Shown one piece after another: positions 1-12,599 of a stretch of DNA of 64,000 nucleotides. Each line of letters opens with the position of its first letter. Positions within the stretch are counted from its first letter, which is position 1. Made by a program: the position numbers and the translations under genes. The stretch spans positions 2,170,001 to 2,234,000 of the forward strand of contig OZ374557.1 of NCBI GenBank assembly GCA_977862235.1, given 5' to 3'. The notes beneath the pieces are model-generated. The model searched no databases and was not told the DNA's origin. It saw only the letters and a program-made list of their open reading frames with translations. This DNA comes from Dudresnaya verticillata (taxonomy: Eukaryota).

Positions 1-1015
1 AACCGGTTACGAACCGGTGCACGGATACTCGGGAGGAGTCCATCAACGAAGATCGCCTTGAGGCGGTGTTCTGTAAACACCGACCCGCAACGGCGAGCTC
101 TGGCTCTTACTAACTCTGCGAAGTCCCGTTCCGTTTTTCCTTCTGCTTGTCGCAACGAGATTACGTCAGCATAGGCTAGCGCAATAACCTCATCGGTGGC
201 ATAAGTTTCCAAAAGGTAATTAACCACTTCGGGATACGTTGTCAACAAATCTTTCTCATCTTCGGAGTCCACAACCATACTGGTTCTTGTCTGTAGCCTC
301 GCCTGAAGGTTGTCCCTTGCGGTGCCTGTCATAAAGTATTGTAGTAACCAAACGGCAGCTCCCTCATGGACATCATTGTGATTACAGGCATCCTTGAACC
401 TTGCAAGGAAACCTAAGATGTTAATCGGGTCTACACCCGAAAGCCGAGAGGGTGACATCTGAATAGCCATCCTCTTATAGTAGGTATTTACTTTCCGAGA
501 GATTCTCGAAGAGTAAAGCCTTGAGCGGTTGTCTAATCGGTAACTTTGAAAGCTAACCACTCTGGTAAATAGGTCGTTGAGGGGTTTAATCCTCCTCACC
601 CTTGTGGACTTAGACGTCGACCGGCGGCGACGCCGTCGGTCATCATCGGATGAATCATCCGAACTTGAACCATCTGAGGTAACTGACGATGAGTCAGACT
701 CAGATGAGTAATGTTTCTTCTTGTTTTTCTTTTGTTTGTCCTTCTTCTTCTTCTTTTTAGAATTCTTGGACTTCGATCCATGTCGGTTACTCTTACCACC
801 TTCGGAGTCCGACAAGCCCCCTTCGGGTTTCTTGTTTGTATCACCAGTTTCGGTTGGAAGAACGATGCCAGGAGGGACGACATCATCCTCCTTATTTTCC
901 ACTTTGGTTTCCCCTGTGGGTATAGACTTTGGTCCAGTTGAAGGGTCCGCTGCTTGCCCATAGGCCTCGAGAGACTGAGCGACCAACGGGGGAACCATTT
1001 TGGTAAGCATCCCAT
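1..1015 (-). pseudogene. gag: Retrotransposon gag, frameshifted near 595
   Basis: Manual translation gives FDG/LSG-DP-x-I-x-GFL and NYLL-x-TYA blocks shared with the gag ORFs at 30081-31985 and 37634-38989. Confidence 0.75.
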
Positions 1016-1546
1016 AGATTGGGCTACTGTCCGGCTGGGTGGTCCATAACTGGACTACCTTGTCAGTAGCCGTGGCGGCGAACTCCAAGAGTGTCCTTGG
1101 ACCTTGTTCTTCTAGAAAGTGTCCCACTAGTGGTTCAACCGTTCGAGGTAACCGAAGGGTCAACTCACCATGTAGCCAGTTGATCAGACGGGGCATCAGA
1201 TCAGTATTGACCCAATGGTTTTTACGGTCGGAATGTAGCGGGGGTTGCCTTGCGACTTCTTTCGAAGGACCTGCTAAGGGTTTACCTGTTACGGGATTGG
1301 TGGATGCTTGACCAGGCGGTTCCTCTTGTTCTACTCCAGGAGTTCTCGGAGGGTGGAGCAAAGACTCCGGGTCCTCAACTGGGGGGGACCAATGGGGTCT
1401 GCTCCGCCTTCTGACCACGACGGGAACTACTTTGAGAGTGAGTTGACATCTTGGAGTAACAGGGGCCTTGGTGGGTTGATTTTCTTCAGTATCCAATTGC
1501 GTTACGATGTTCGTCGTCCTCTTAACGGCTCACCAACCTTGAAGTT

Positions 1547-1562
1547 CTAGGTCGGGAGACCA
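1547..1562 (-). promoter_or_regulatory. Primer-binding site TGGTCTCCCGACCTAG
   Basis: 2 nt inside the LTR end; the same core occurs at 32594-32606, 33414-33429 and 36012-36026. Confidence 0.85.
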
Positions 1563-1564
1563 GA

Positions 1565-2083
1565 TGTAAGGAAGTGCCTTTTAGGTCTCTTGTGAACTCA
1601 AAGAGTGCACTCAATGAGAAAGCCACAGAGCGGGTACCTGGTAGCGGTGGTAGAGCGGGAGGAACCCAGAGGGTAGACGAGGGCACGTAACCTGATTGGA
1701 AGCACGATACTGAAGGTAGTTCACTGGGCGGGTGGTTAACCGGGCACGGGTGACAAGTGTGCTGCGGTGCCGGTAGCTTGGAGACGTAGTTGGGGCCGGA
1801 ATGTGCTTACCTTTACTGTTCAGTGACCGCTACGGGAGATACCCTTATATGGTACTCCGACTGTCAGGCAGCACCCCTCATACTGGGCTATATACACGCC
1901 CCCTATCCTAAGCTATAATTTCTAAAATAAATAGGCAGATACTAAGCTACTGACCTGCAGGGTGACACTTGGACCAATCATAGACTACCCATCTTGTCCC
2001 TGCTGGCGCCCTATAGGTAACGCTATTTCCGCGCATACACGGGTGCAGAGGGCCCATTTCTGTAAGCCCTTCACTGTATTACA
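1565..2083 (-). repeat. 5' LTR (~520 bp)
   Basis: Starts tgtaag next to the PBS and ends attaca; the outer end is not confirmed by a partner LTR. Confidence 0.65.
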
Positions 2084-3432
2084 CAACTCTGCATTTTTGT
2101 AAATATTGAGGTATAGGCTACTGCGTCGTTGCCAACATAACATCGTAATATTAGTGCATCATCTCTACGACAGCCGTTCGAAGAGCTGTGTTCCGTTAAA
2201 AAATAGTATTTCTTCACTGTACCAAAGGAGTACTAGCTCTTTTCTCCGCTATAGCGGCTTTCAAGTATACTTAACTGCATTCAAAGTATGCCTTGAGATC
2301 CATATTTCCCGTTCCCGGTCGGGTGCAACTGAAGGTCATATTCTCCTTTGCAGCCAGTTTAATCGATCTAAAACCTCTTTTGTGCTCTTGAAAGGGCTTC
2401 CTCCTCGCTACCCCGGTCATTGTAGGGTCGGATTTACGATGCTCCGAAGTCCTCAAGCTCTTCCTGAGACGACGCGCTCGCGATGCGACGCTTCTACCAG
2501 TGCTCGTATTTTTGTCAAGGAAGGAGACTTCCTGCTGACGACATCACCGTATATATGGTGGAGCTAATGCTTGGTTGAATTGAGAACGTTGCGAATGCCC
2601 ATTCCTTCCATTACGCCATGTTATACCACGGTATGGTGGTTGGTTTACATATTCCTTCGCAGTCGTGAATGGGTGAGCTGTAGGGCGATCTTTCCCCCAT
2701 TCTGCCGCTATCCCAGAAGCATACGTGCAGGCAGTCCCGTTCGCGGGACAGATGGGTGCTTTTTGCGGACGGTCTTGCCCTAGCCTCACATAGAACATCT
2801 GTGACGATGGTTATATGTCGTAATGCCCAATATTGGTTAAGTTAATATTGTGTTGGTCCCACAAACAACACTGAATTTTACAGCTTCAGATTGTTCCGAT
2901 TTGAACAGAATCAAAAACACCCCTCGTTTCTTACATACATTCGACAGAGGAGAACGACCTGAGAACAGCGGTGGAAACGGCGTGCTCTAAAGCCGAGCCG
3001 TTCGGAAGTTATAGTCGTCCGCACACAGCTAAATGCGCCCCTAAAATGTCCCGAATTTCCGCTGACATTTTCCGGAAATATTTCCCAGAAATTGCCCCGG
3101 GGCCATGCAAATGGCCCGCGTGCCAGGCCCGACTTGCCGCAATTTGCCACCGGGCCCGGGCCGCCCTTGGACACTGCGAAGTATTCAAGATCCCTGTGCA
3201 CGGCCCATCTGCTCACATCGCAGCTTTCGTGCGTCATTACTGACGACTCCGTACTTTTTATTGTACCTATTTTCGGGTTGAACACCGTCGAGAAAAGGAC
3301 GGGCTGAGTTTGTATTTGAGGTGGTGTTCTCTCACCGCGCAGTGCTGCACTTACCATGGCGAGCGCTCATTTCGAGCGAATACCAGGTTCAACTGTTTTG
3401 CCCGGAAATAATTCTGAAAGCTATGTCGTCTG

Positions 3433-3891
3433 TTGGGGTTAAACGCGACAGGGGAGATCTTGAACATTTCCGCGCTGCAGGCGAGAATGTGTCTACAAGG
3501 TCTGCGGAAACCACCGCGAAAGGCATCTGGTCAGTGCAGGACATGTATGTGTCATCCTGGTGAATCCAATGATGGACTTATTCAGCGCGTTGGTGTGGAT
3601 CCCATAATCACTGCGATGATTGCAGCGGAAGAAGAAGGGAGACATATTGATGGTCTGGAAAAACTCGGATTTACCTTATACGACAGGACGATCTTTCCCA
3701 GTTTTAAGAAGAAGGGTTATGGGGAGGAATACCGTCGCCGGGCCCTGAAAGCTGCCTATTCTGCCGCACAGACCGCCGCAATGAACAGAGACCCTAAAGA
3801 ACCAAGTGCCAGCACTGCAGCTGGGAACTCTTCCAAGGTCTTCAGGAGGTGGCCCCGTTACAGAAGCAATAGAGATAGCTATTTGCCTTAA
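3433..3891 (+). pseudogene. ORF-X fragment, unknown cargo protein
   Basis: PGESNDGLIQRVG...EGRHIDGLEKLGFTLYDRTIFPSF...YGEE aligns with PDESDEDMVLRIG...EGKQFVGLEALGIRLFDWSVFPTF...YGKE at 24423-24893. Confidence 0.6.
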
Positions 3892-6800
3892 TTCCAAGAT
3901 GCCTGGGTACTGCAACTGCTGCCCGCCTGAATGCGAATGTGCCAATTACCTACCGGAACCAACTTTGTAGGTAGCTGTGTAACAGTCCTTGGAGAGTAGC
4001 TTCCGCCGGAAATCTGTTAAACGCAACAGGTGACCCGGCGTCACACCGACTAGTGTCACGTATTCACTTCCAGCTCGTGGTTCTTTCCCTGACACTGCGT
4101 CCCTCAGTAAGCAGTGAAAAGAGTGTATTGCATCATCCATCAGTTGTCCGGCAACCATCCATTGTTCGACATGCATCCGTTCGCGCGACATGCCGTCACA
4201 ATGTCGCACATGACAAGGGATCCTGGTACTGAGCCCAATTCCGGCCTGACCTTACCCGCGACCGGTGTAGTTTCACTTTCATCCTCTTCAGCGCCATCTC
4301 CCCCTTCCGGCCTTGATCTCTTCCGGACAGGGTCCTCGTGATCATCCCTACTTTTTGCAGTACGCGTTTCGCTGCGTCAAGTCTTTCTCTTGCTCCTGCA
4401 TGGTCTGATTTTCCTTTGGCGTCAGTCCTGTACCGGCCGCCCCTGCACTAATTCCATCGACTTTACCTCAACGGACGTTACCATCGGTCTCCTTTGCTGG
4501 AGTGGTTTGCTGTTGCAAAGCTCTTTTCGCCTCACCGAATACTTCTTTCGTCCTCGTAGCTTCGAATTCGTTCTTCGCTAGCCCAATGCATCGTTGGTGG
4601 GCTAGTCGGAAAATGTCAGGATTCTGTTCGATGGACGTACATGAACGCCCGGTCCGTAGCGCTGCAATTTTGTCGTCACGGTATCCCCGTAAGTATCAAG
4701 GACGGACCCTTCTTCCCCACAGAATGTTTCCATCATCTCAGATGTTAAGTTTGGGTTCTTCTACTCCGCGAGGACTGGAGACTTTGTAGAGCGCTTGTGC
4801 AGTTTGTCTTTCGGTACAGGGAATCGGGAAACGACAGCAAAACGGCGGCCTTCTGGGGATAGTATCGGGTTGTAGTTACTAGACAGGTCCGGTTTGAACC
4901 CCTGCGGACGCTTCCCTGAAGCGCTCGCAAAGACAGCAATCTCCACGGATTTTGAGGCATGCTGTTCCCACGGTGTGCTTGCATTGACTTTGTATCTTTC
5001 ATGAAGATGTACGGGTACGCAGGGCACGTGAACGGGTACTTCACAAATGTCTCACGAAACGTCGGAAACAGTAGAAAAGACGTAAATATAACAACTCATC
5101 CCCCGGAACAACAACCCTTCTGGCGAACTCGACAAGGGCCTTGCTCTCCTCATCACTGAGAAAATTGTCATAGTTCTTGCCTGTGCCTGATTGTGAACTC
5201 TTGGTACCGTAGGGGGTCCGTAATCAAAAGGTCGAACGACGTGCTTCCTTCATAGCGGAAGGAGGACTCTTACCTCTGCCACATCATCTGCAGACATGTG
5301 GTTTTCATTTGCTCCAGGTAGTCGATTCGCGCGACACTTCCGTTTTCGTCTCCTGTCTTTCCAGTATTCAGTCGTTTTGACTGCAGTGTTGATTCAGATG
5401 CGGCGGCTGCAGTTGCAGCATACATGCGACCACCAACACCCCCCGTCGCACCCTCCTCAGTACATGCATCAGCCTCTGATGCTGTATTCGGGTCTGTGCC
5501 TTCTAGTACTACTGGTGTATCAATAGAACCCACATGATCTGCTGTTGCAGCAAGACACGGATTCATTTCGTTTCCTACTCCGAGATCACCACTCTGATCA
5601 CCTTCTTGACGAACTGAATTCTGTTCCTTTTCTGAAGGTTATTCAGCACTTTCTGGGGCAGAGTGTTCCACCACGGTTTCCGTTCGCTGAGATACCTGAG
5701 CCGAAATGACGATGTTGTAAAGATACTTCTTGAGCTTCAGCGGAGCCTCTTGAGGGCAGGTGTCCCTGTACATCTGCAATACAGATTTCAACAGCTCATG
5801 ATCGTTTCCCCTGTTCATGGATATCTCAACATCCAGTTTCGCGCCTCCTTCGCATATTTGACCGTATATCTTCATGTACGGTGGTAATTCCTTTTGCTCG
5901 CGGACAAATTCAAACTTGCGCACCTCTCGAATCGCTGCACTGGACTTCTCGAATTGCTCGGTCGTAAACCTGTGCCCTATTGGTTTGAAATGATGGATTC
6001 TGGACAGTTCCCGCAGATGGTACAGAGTCCTAATCTGTATTTCTACGCCCTCGTCGGAAATCCCTGCGTTCATGAACGGTCGTGATGGCCGCAAAGTTGA
6101 TATGTGTGCGAAACGCTTGAAGACTCGACAGTCTACAGCTTGCATTACAGTCATCTTATCCACAGGCCTCCCGGAAGCGTGCAGCTGATGACGCGAGGCC
6201 ATCTGTGGTAACTCCTCGTTTATTATCTTCCCGAGCTCTGCGATCGTTCTCGTGTGCAGACGAAGTACCATGCCTGCTGTTCGCTCAATAATACTATCCG
6301 TGAGGTGTTTGCACCCATCGTACACACGTGCGACAGCCACAGCAGTTGAGGCCTTCTCGCTATTTATAGCCGTCAGTCTGTTCGATTCTTCTCTAAGCCC
6401 CCTCATCACGTCGTAAAATGCCGTCTCTATATAGAACGCGGAGTCATGTCTCTTGTTCTGATGTCTGGCCAGTTGCCTAAGCAGTCGAATGTTGGGCCCT
6501 TCTTTCAACACAGTGACCGGAGGTGCGAACTGTTTCCACTTGTGGTAATCTTCCTGGAAAAGTTAGAGTAGGGCCGTAACTCTGTGCAGCCCGTCCACAA
6601 TTCCATACCACTCAGAACGCGCTTCATAAGCCTCCTCCACCTGCTGCTCCGACAGGGTTGAGCCGTCAGGCTCCGAGAGGATTGAGCCGTCAGGATTCTG
6701 TTTGGCTCTGAGATAAGTCATGGTGTAACGACGTAGAGTACCGCAAAACGTCACAAGTATCGGTGCGTCCGATCCAGCTACGAAACTAGTGTTCGAGGAT

Positions 6801-7087
6801 CTCGAATGTGGGTTTGGGTCTCCGCGGAATATGATCTTCAGCCTTTCAACACCAGAACGGACAATTGGCCGTATGTCTGTCAGCGGGATACATGCCTTCA
6901 TATCAACGCGGATGTTGACAGACCCAGCCATCAACTCCGCGAACAGCACCATTGCTGGCTCTGGGACACTAATACCGAGTCGTTAGTCGCCAAGCACTGC
7001 AGTGCTCTTCCTTCTTCTCCCCCTGGCATGTTTGGGTGCGAGGAAGTGCGGGTTCTTGTTGCAGTTAGTTCAGTCCGCCACGAGACG
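3780..7087 (-). pseudogene. ParB-like / beta-class DNA amino-methyltransferase fusion, copy 1 (disrupted)
   Basis: ORF pieces 6563-6952 (WYGIVDGLHRVTAL, ParB-type DGxHR), 5639-6511 and 5270-5566; SFDLLITDP/YG at ~5205-5240 (DPPY broken by a frameshift); CPAYPYIF at 4745-5044; GSVLDTYGDTVTT..IAALRTGRSCTSIE at ~4625-4710. Confidence 0.75.
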
Positions 7088-7966
7088 TACTGGTGTAGAA
7101 TTACAACTGATCACGATGCCGCGTAGTGCAGAAAAGTGCTGAACAATTATGAAGAGAAAATAGGCTGCTGTACGCGCGCCTGAACACCCTAACCAGAACA
7201 AAACGCACATTGATCTGAGTCTGTACAAATTCCTTCATTCGCGATCGACTTGAAATTCGTATGCGAACACGATGCTCTCCTTTGAAGTCGTACAGTGCAT
7301 GTTGTCTGTGCTCGGGGCGCACAACGGTCCGCGGTCGGACTACAGACAGAATCCCGATTCTGAGTAGCTCAAGCATGCGAGAATTCGTGGCGGTATTGGT
7401 GTTAGTTCGCGGAAGGAAGGTTCCGTTTCACAAGAATGTGAAGGGCTGCTGCCCTTGAAGGGCCGCAGAATCTTCGAAGTTCGGATAGTCTGTATCTCTG
7501 CGCCGGGTTTTGCGACAAATTTGGAGTCCGTGTGGACCCAGGAACACTCGGAAAGGCTTCGCTCCCGATCGGAAGCGCAATACGCAATACTGCCAAGAAG
7601 AGAATGAGTTACATCGCACCGCGATGGCCTTTCCATGTCCCTCCAAGGGGCGGTTAGCGATGGCGACATGACGGGAACTGGGCACATGAAGCGGCGAGCT
7701 TGGGGATGCACGTGTGTGGTAGGGCTGTGGGCGCGAGCACTCGATGTCGACGGGTACGAGGCCGCGGAATAGGTTTCAGTTTGCGGTACATGAGAGAACG
7801 CAAAACGCAATACCAGTATTGACTAAGAGGGTTTCGGATCTCTCGAGATCAATATCAGTCTACTAGCAAATAATAATGCGAGATCTGAAAACGTGTATAG
7901 GTTTTCGCCGATGGAAAGTAACCCACTTTGCAAACAGATATCTCCCGTTAACGCACGCCGAAAAAT

Positions 7967-10700
7967 TCATAGGTTTCTATCTGGGCACATCTTTCGGATC
8001 GCGGCTGGCGGCCACGAACGTGTTGGGTGTGTAGGTCCGGTCTGCGGTCGGCCAATCCAGACTAGGTCCTGCGCCCTCCCCGTCCTAAACCTCTTCCTCC
8101 ACCGCGCCCCCGGGCCAGGTTTGTACGTACCTTTCAGCTCAAAGACGTTATCAATGTTCCAGTGGAAAGACTCTTCCCTGTCCATGTACACGTAGTCGCG
8201 CAATGCGCGAATCGATGCCATTTTTGTGGTTGAGTTGATTCGCATATCCTCGGTGCGCAGGCGGTCGTTGACTCTTGTAACGTCAGATGGGCTCCTGGCA
8301 GGCTTGTTTTGTATTTCCCGGATGTCTGGCACAAACAGAATGAACTCTTTCTGTTCCGATATTATGTCCAAAGCAGTGAAGTCATCGGTGCAATTAGCTC
8401 GTACTAAACAACCAGTGGCATAATGGGCGTTGGTAGGCGGGGAGCCAAGCACTCTGTTGAACTTGAAGAATGGGTAGTACGAAAAGGTTTCAACCCTGCC
8501 AATACATTGATCGGACTTGCATAAGCCTGAGAAATTAGCGACGTGCAGTAGTCTGTTCACTACAGGTGGCGGCGTGTATGGCTGTGACAATTCTGTCAAA
8601 AGGTCTTCCATGGTCACAGCCTCATTCCCCCGTAGGCACCTGGACGTGGAGCTAGAGGCTTGGTCAATGTCCACGTGTGTATGCCCTACGGGTACAACAC
8701 TGACGTGCACCTCCTTGAATACACACCACGCCACTAGACGCTCGTAGTAGAACATGAAGAATGTGTTTTTGTTCTCGCGCGAACAGTTGTCCACTTGTAC
8801 GTAGAGCGTGCCTCGCAACTCTGCCTTGTCCCTTTTGATCATGAGCCATCGGTGCCGTACTTCAGCTATGTGGTTTGCACCCGTTTCGAATTCCGCTGTC
8901 ATTGTGTACAGGTACAACTGCTTGCACGGTCCGTGCTCCAGCCCGCCGACAATCTTTGCCTTCAACGCGTGCCCTGTCGTGCTCTTGGTGGTCACTGGGG
9001 AGTGGGGCTGGCCGAAGGCAGACTGGTCTGCCCGGTCAATAATTAGCGAACAGAATTCCGCTGGGTACAGTTCAGCCATCTCGATCTTTTTGGCGTATTC
9101 CATCCTCTCTTTCATAACTAAGTCCAGATGTTTCCTTCGACGGCAGCCCAGCCCCTCAGTCTGTGAATTCCTGGGTTTACCGATGCGGTGGGCAACGCGG
9201 TTTTCTTGACTATGATCGTCCCGACGGCTGTCGGAAGGTTGTAGGAGCGGGCGTGAATGTGGAGCAATGGTCTCTAGCTCAAACGGAAGGTGTTTCGGAA
9301 AATTCAGGTTGAGACTTGAGACGTTCAGGTTGAGATCTGAGAAGTTCAGATCTCGGAAGTAGAGTTCTGCGTTATCGCAGCTTGGCTCGAATACACGCGG
9401 GAAGCTCGCAGCACGTTGGTAGGAGGTCCAGTGCGGTCAGCAAAAGGATAGGGAACAGGCAGACGGACGTCGGAACAGTGAGAGGGCGCTACCTCTCTGC
9501 TCGGTCGGTTCGCCGAGAGAGGGCTGCCTTTATTGTGGACGCTGTTCGCGTCCCGCTACAAAAGACAAGAAATCGGAGCTCTCGCGCAGCGAGAGGCACA
9601 GGGAGAACGACTTGCCGCGTGCTGTGTGGTCAGATCGCCACGCAAGCCGCCGGGTCGTGATGTGTCGGGGAGACACGACGGTGATCTCATTCTGATTGCG
9701 CATCAGGCGCGGCCTGTGAACCAGAAGATTATCACCCGTGTTGGAAATATCCAGGTCACGTGATATTTTTACAACGCCAGCCAAGTGGCTAAACGTGGCA
9801 CCCGGTTGCAGACCTGGCAGTGCTATGTCGCTCAATGGCGCCGTCATTTTCCGCGCAGCGGAACTCGGGTCAGGAGATCAACTACGCAGCCATTGCCGCG
9901 CAGCGGGTCCTGACCTGAATAGCACGTCGTAAATGGTAAGGATCAATTCAGGAGCTCAACGGCGCAGACGTTGCCGCGCAGCGGGTCCTAACCTGAATGG
10001 AACATAGGAGATGATGCTCAGGTGTAACCAGTCTCACTGGAGTTAGTATCAGCGTTTGAAAGGAGGCCACGTATGGTCTCACATTCTGTGCACTCTATGA
10101 ACTTGTGCGCCCTCCGCATCTTGATTCTACGACAGTGTTTCTTCGACGTGTCATAGAAGTAGCTCGGTACTGCTGGAGTCCGTTTTGGATACATCGTTTT
10201 GTCCTCTTCAACATACAAGTCATAAACTGCCTTTTCCTTAAAGTAAGGCATATGCAGCTCTTCAGCGTCTGGCATGCACTCCGCTGTGGATTCTGCCAGC
10301 ATTTCCAGAAATGTAATGACGACATCTCGCTCTTCGAATGGGCACCTCTCGCTCCACCCTCGACACCGCCCATCATAATTCGACGATCATTTGGAGTGCC
10401 CTTCACGCAGGCTTGGAAGTAGTGTAAGAATCAGAATGCACGGCGCAGAAAAGCGAAACACGCTGGCTTCCCGGCGAAATGAAACTTGACTAAGTCTGGC
10501 TTCAGTAGCGCCTCTAGGTACGCACACCGATCGTCAGCACCCATTACCTGCACATGTCGCGCTTCTGCAGGGACAAAAACCGGCTTCATGTCGATAAAGC
10601 AGTGCTCAGTGCCGCATTTCGTCCCCTTAATGTTATGTGCTTGCAGCTGCCGCAGCTGCTTCTTGCGCTAGGCGAGGAGATTGCCCTCGTGTCGCGTTCC
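7967..10700 (-). pseudogene. DDD-type DNA transposase, Sola/DUF7869-like, interrupted by an insertion
   Basis: 7967-9115 has SLIIDRADQ, LYVQVDNCSRENKN and VGHTHVDIDQ motifs; 10018-10302 has KFIECTECET (CxxC); a Cys-rich N-terminal remnant lies at ~10440-10680. Confidence 0.75.
9147..10018. mobile_element. ~870 bp unclassified insertion inside the transposase
   Basis: Flanked by CAG at 9144-9146 and 10019-10021; removing the insert and one CAG restores ETGYT-CRRRKHLDLVMKER in frame; internal repeats ccgcgcagcgggtcct(g/a)acctgaat. Confidence 0.6.
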
Positions 10701-12599
10701 CGTTTTGCGAGTGCAGCGAGTATACTTGCGTTTTCCGGCACGCTGACCAGTTTCTATGCATGCTTCATCATCGGTCTCTGAATTCCGTTCGGCTTCCGAG
10801 GATTCATTAGCTGACGACCGTCCAGCATTATGTTTGTATGTGCATTCTTTTGATGCACCTGAAATGGTCCCCTTGCGCCTCTTTCTATCATGACCACGCT
10901 TCGTGCCACTGTCCTCCGCAGAACCGGAGACAGGTGTTGAAACCCGTCTTCCTCCGCTGCTCGTCCGTTCCCTGACCTCCTTCTTGGGGGAAGGTGTAGG
11001 TGACGCTTCCCGTTCAATGTTACTCTCTGCATCCGAGCTATCGGGGCTATAATCGGATGGTGCCTCACCATCCGAACCATATTATACCGCTGATGAGTCT
11101 TCCCCTTCTCGACGAATGCTACGCGTGACAACTGGAAAGCGGTACACCTTCGGCGGCCGGGGTAAAAGCTGCGGTTTCCTCTCCGGTGTATGAAGCAGAA
11201 CTTCCCCTTCCTCTGTGTCCACAATCACTCTCTTTCCCGCATGGGCATGGCCATCGCTTGCACCGCTAATGTCCCCTGCGCCCGGCTTTTTGCTGGCCTT
11301 ATGAGGCGAGTTGTTCTTGCCGCCTGCCCGTTTCGGCTAGGCCATGGCTCCCCACCGTTGGTTTAGGCATAGCAGTCCTGTTCTGGGTTCGTAAAAGTCT
11401 GGTTTTCGTGCGGGCATTGCGGTCTGACCTGCGTTCGTCCCCAGCTAGTCGCATGCTGTTGGCATCCCAAGCGTGGAAGACGTTTGACAGCTGTCCAAGT
11501 TTTTCGGGAACATCGTCAAGACTTTTGTATATGTAAGGATAACGACCGGACGCAAAGCGCTCATGAATATGTACCTTGCGAATCACCACTAGCAACTCGT
11601 CTCTCTTCTGCTACTCTGACAGTTTGTGATTTTGCAACACCACGCAATACTTGCCGGAACTGTCTGCTCTTTGCGGTGTCGCTGCCTTGAATATGTCAGC
11701 ATGGCCCACTTCCTCGTCCCTCATCAGCAGCACTACCTGATCTTTCTTGGCCCCCTCCGGCATGGCTCACGGGCACAGAAGCATTAATCGAAGTTTTGCA
11801 GTGAAGGCCTATACTGGCGTGATTTCCTCGAGTCGGAGGGTCTTTTGCGACAGATGTGGGGTTTTGCCCGCGCACGACGAAGCCTAAGCGAGACTTCTTT
11901 TGAGAGTGGTGCGGGGTGTTGTGGAAGATGGAGAGGCCCGAGGGATGATAGTGGGCAGCCGTACGCTGCCGAGGACGCGATCACAGCGTTCCAGCTCTTT
12001 CGTGGTAACCGCGAAACAGTTTCGCGTTGCCGTTTCGCGTTGCACTTATTTTGCGGTTTGGAGTTCAATGCGACTGAAACTTGCAGCTGTTTGGCGGTTT
12101 CTCGGCGTGTGTCAGCGAGAAAGTTATGCTGAGTATGTGGAGGGGGAGGGAACTCGGCACCGCGGGTGAGCTTAAACGTGGGCTGTGCACATAGTGCACC
12201 GAGCAGTCTTCTACGCGTTTTTGCAGTGAGGCGAGGTGGCGGTTCCTGCGGGGCTGTTAAGCAGTCTTGTGCTAGACGAGTACTAAACATGGAGTTCCCA
12301 GGTGATTTCCAAGCGAAATATCAGAAAGATTGGCCAAAACGGATTCTGTTCGGAGATACAGAACCCAATATTGGCACAGGAGGGCCCCTCGCAGCTACAC
12401 AGAGTCCGACACGCAGACCCCAGACGATTTGGGAAACGCTTGTAGCGTCAAAATATCCCGGCATTCAACCTGAAATCATCACCTGAAAGCACCACTTGCG
12501 TTACCATCACGTCTTCCCCCCTTCATCCTGCCCCCCGCCTTCACCCTGCTCCCCGCCCGAGTCGAACGCAAAAAGCCGCGACAAGAGTCCATGTCCTTT

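Larger units (their letters stand above)
1..2083 (-). mobile_element. Ty3/gypsy LTR retrotransposon, 5' part (LTR, PBS, gag); continues beyond the left window edge
   Basis: Minus-strand LTR 1565-2083 (TG...CA), PBS at 1547-1562, and a gag-like frame over 1-595 (RLSGVDPINILGFLARFKDAC...EGAAVWLL...YPEVVNYLLETYA) similar to the other gag proteins in the window. Confidence 0.85.
2867..7100. mobile_element. AACAC-terminus DNA element copy 1 (left terminus, ORF-X, ParB-MTase gene); right end not found
   Basis: 2867-3012 matches the termini at 17205 and 59864 motif for motif; cargo is homologous to copies 2 and 3. Confidence 0.7.

Noticed and set aside
9147..10018. Spliceosomal intron in the transposase
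   Set aside because: No GT...AG boundaries on the minus strand at any register of the CAG duplication
12300..12480. Right terminus of element copy 1
   Set aside because: Only short matches (attctgttc, ccaatattgg); the conserved motif array and terminal GTGTT are absent
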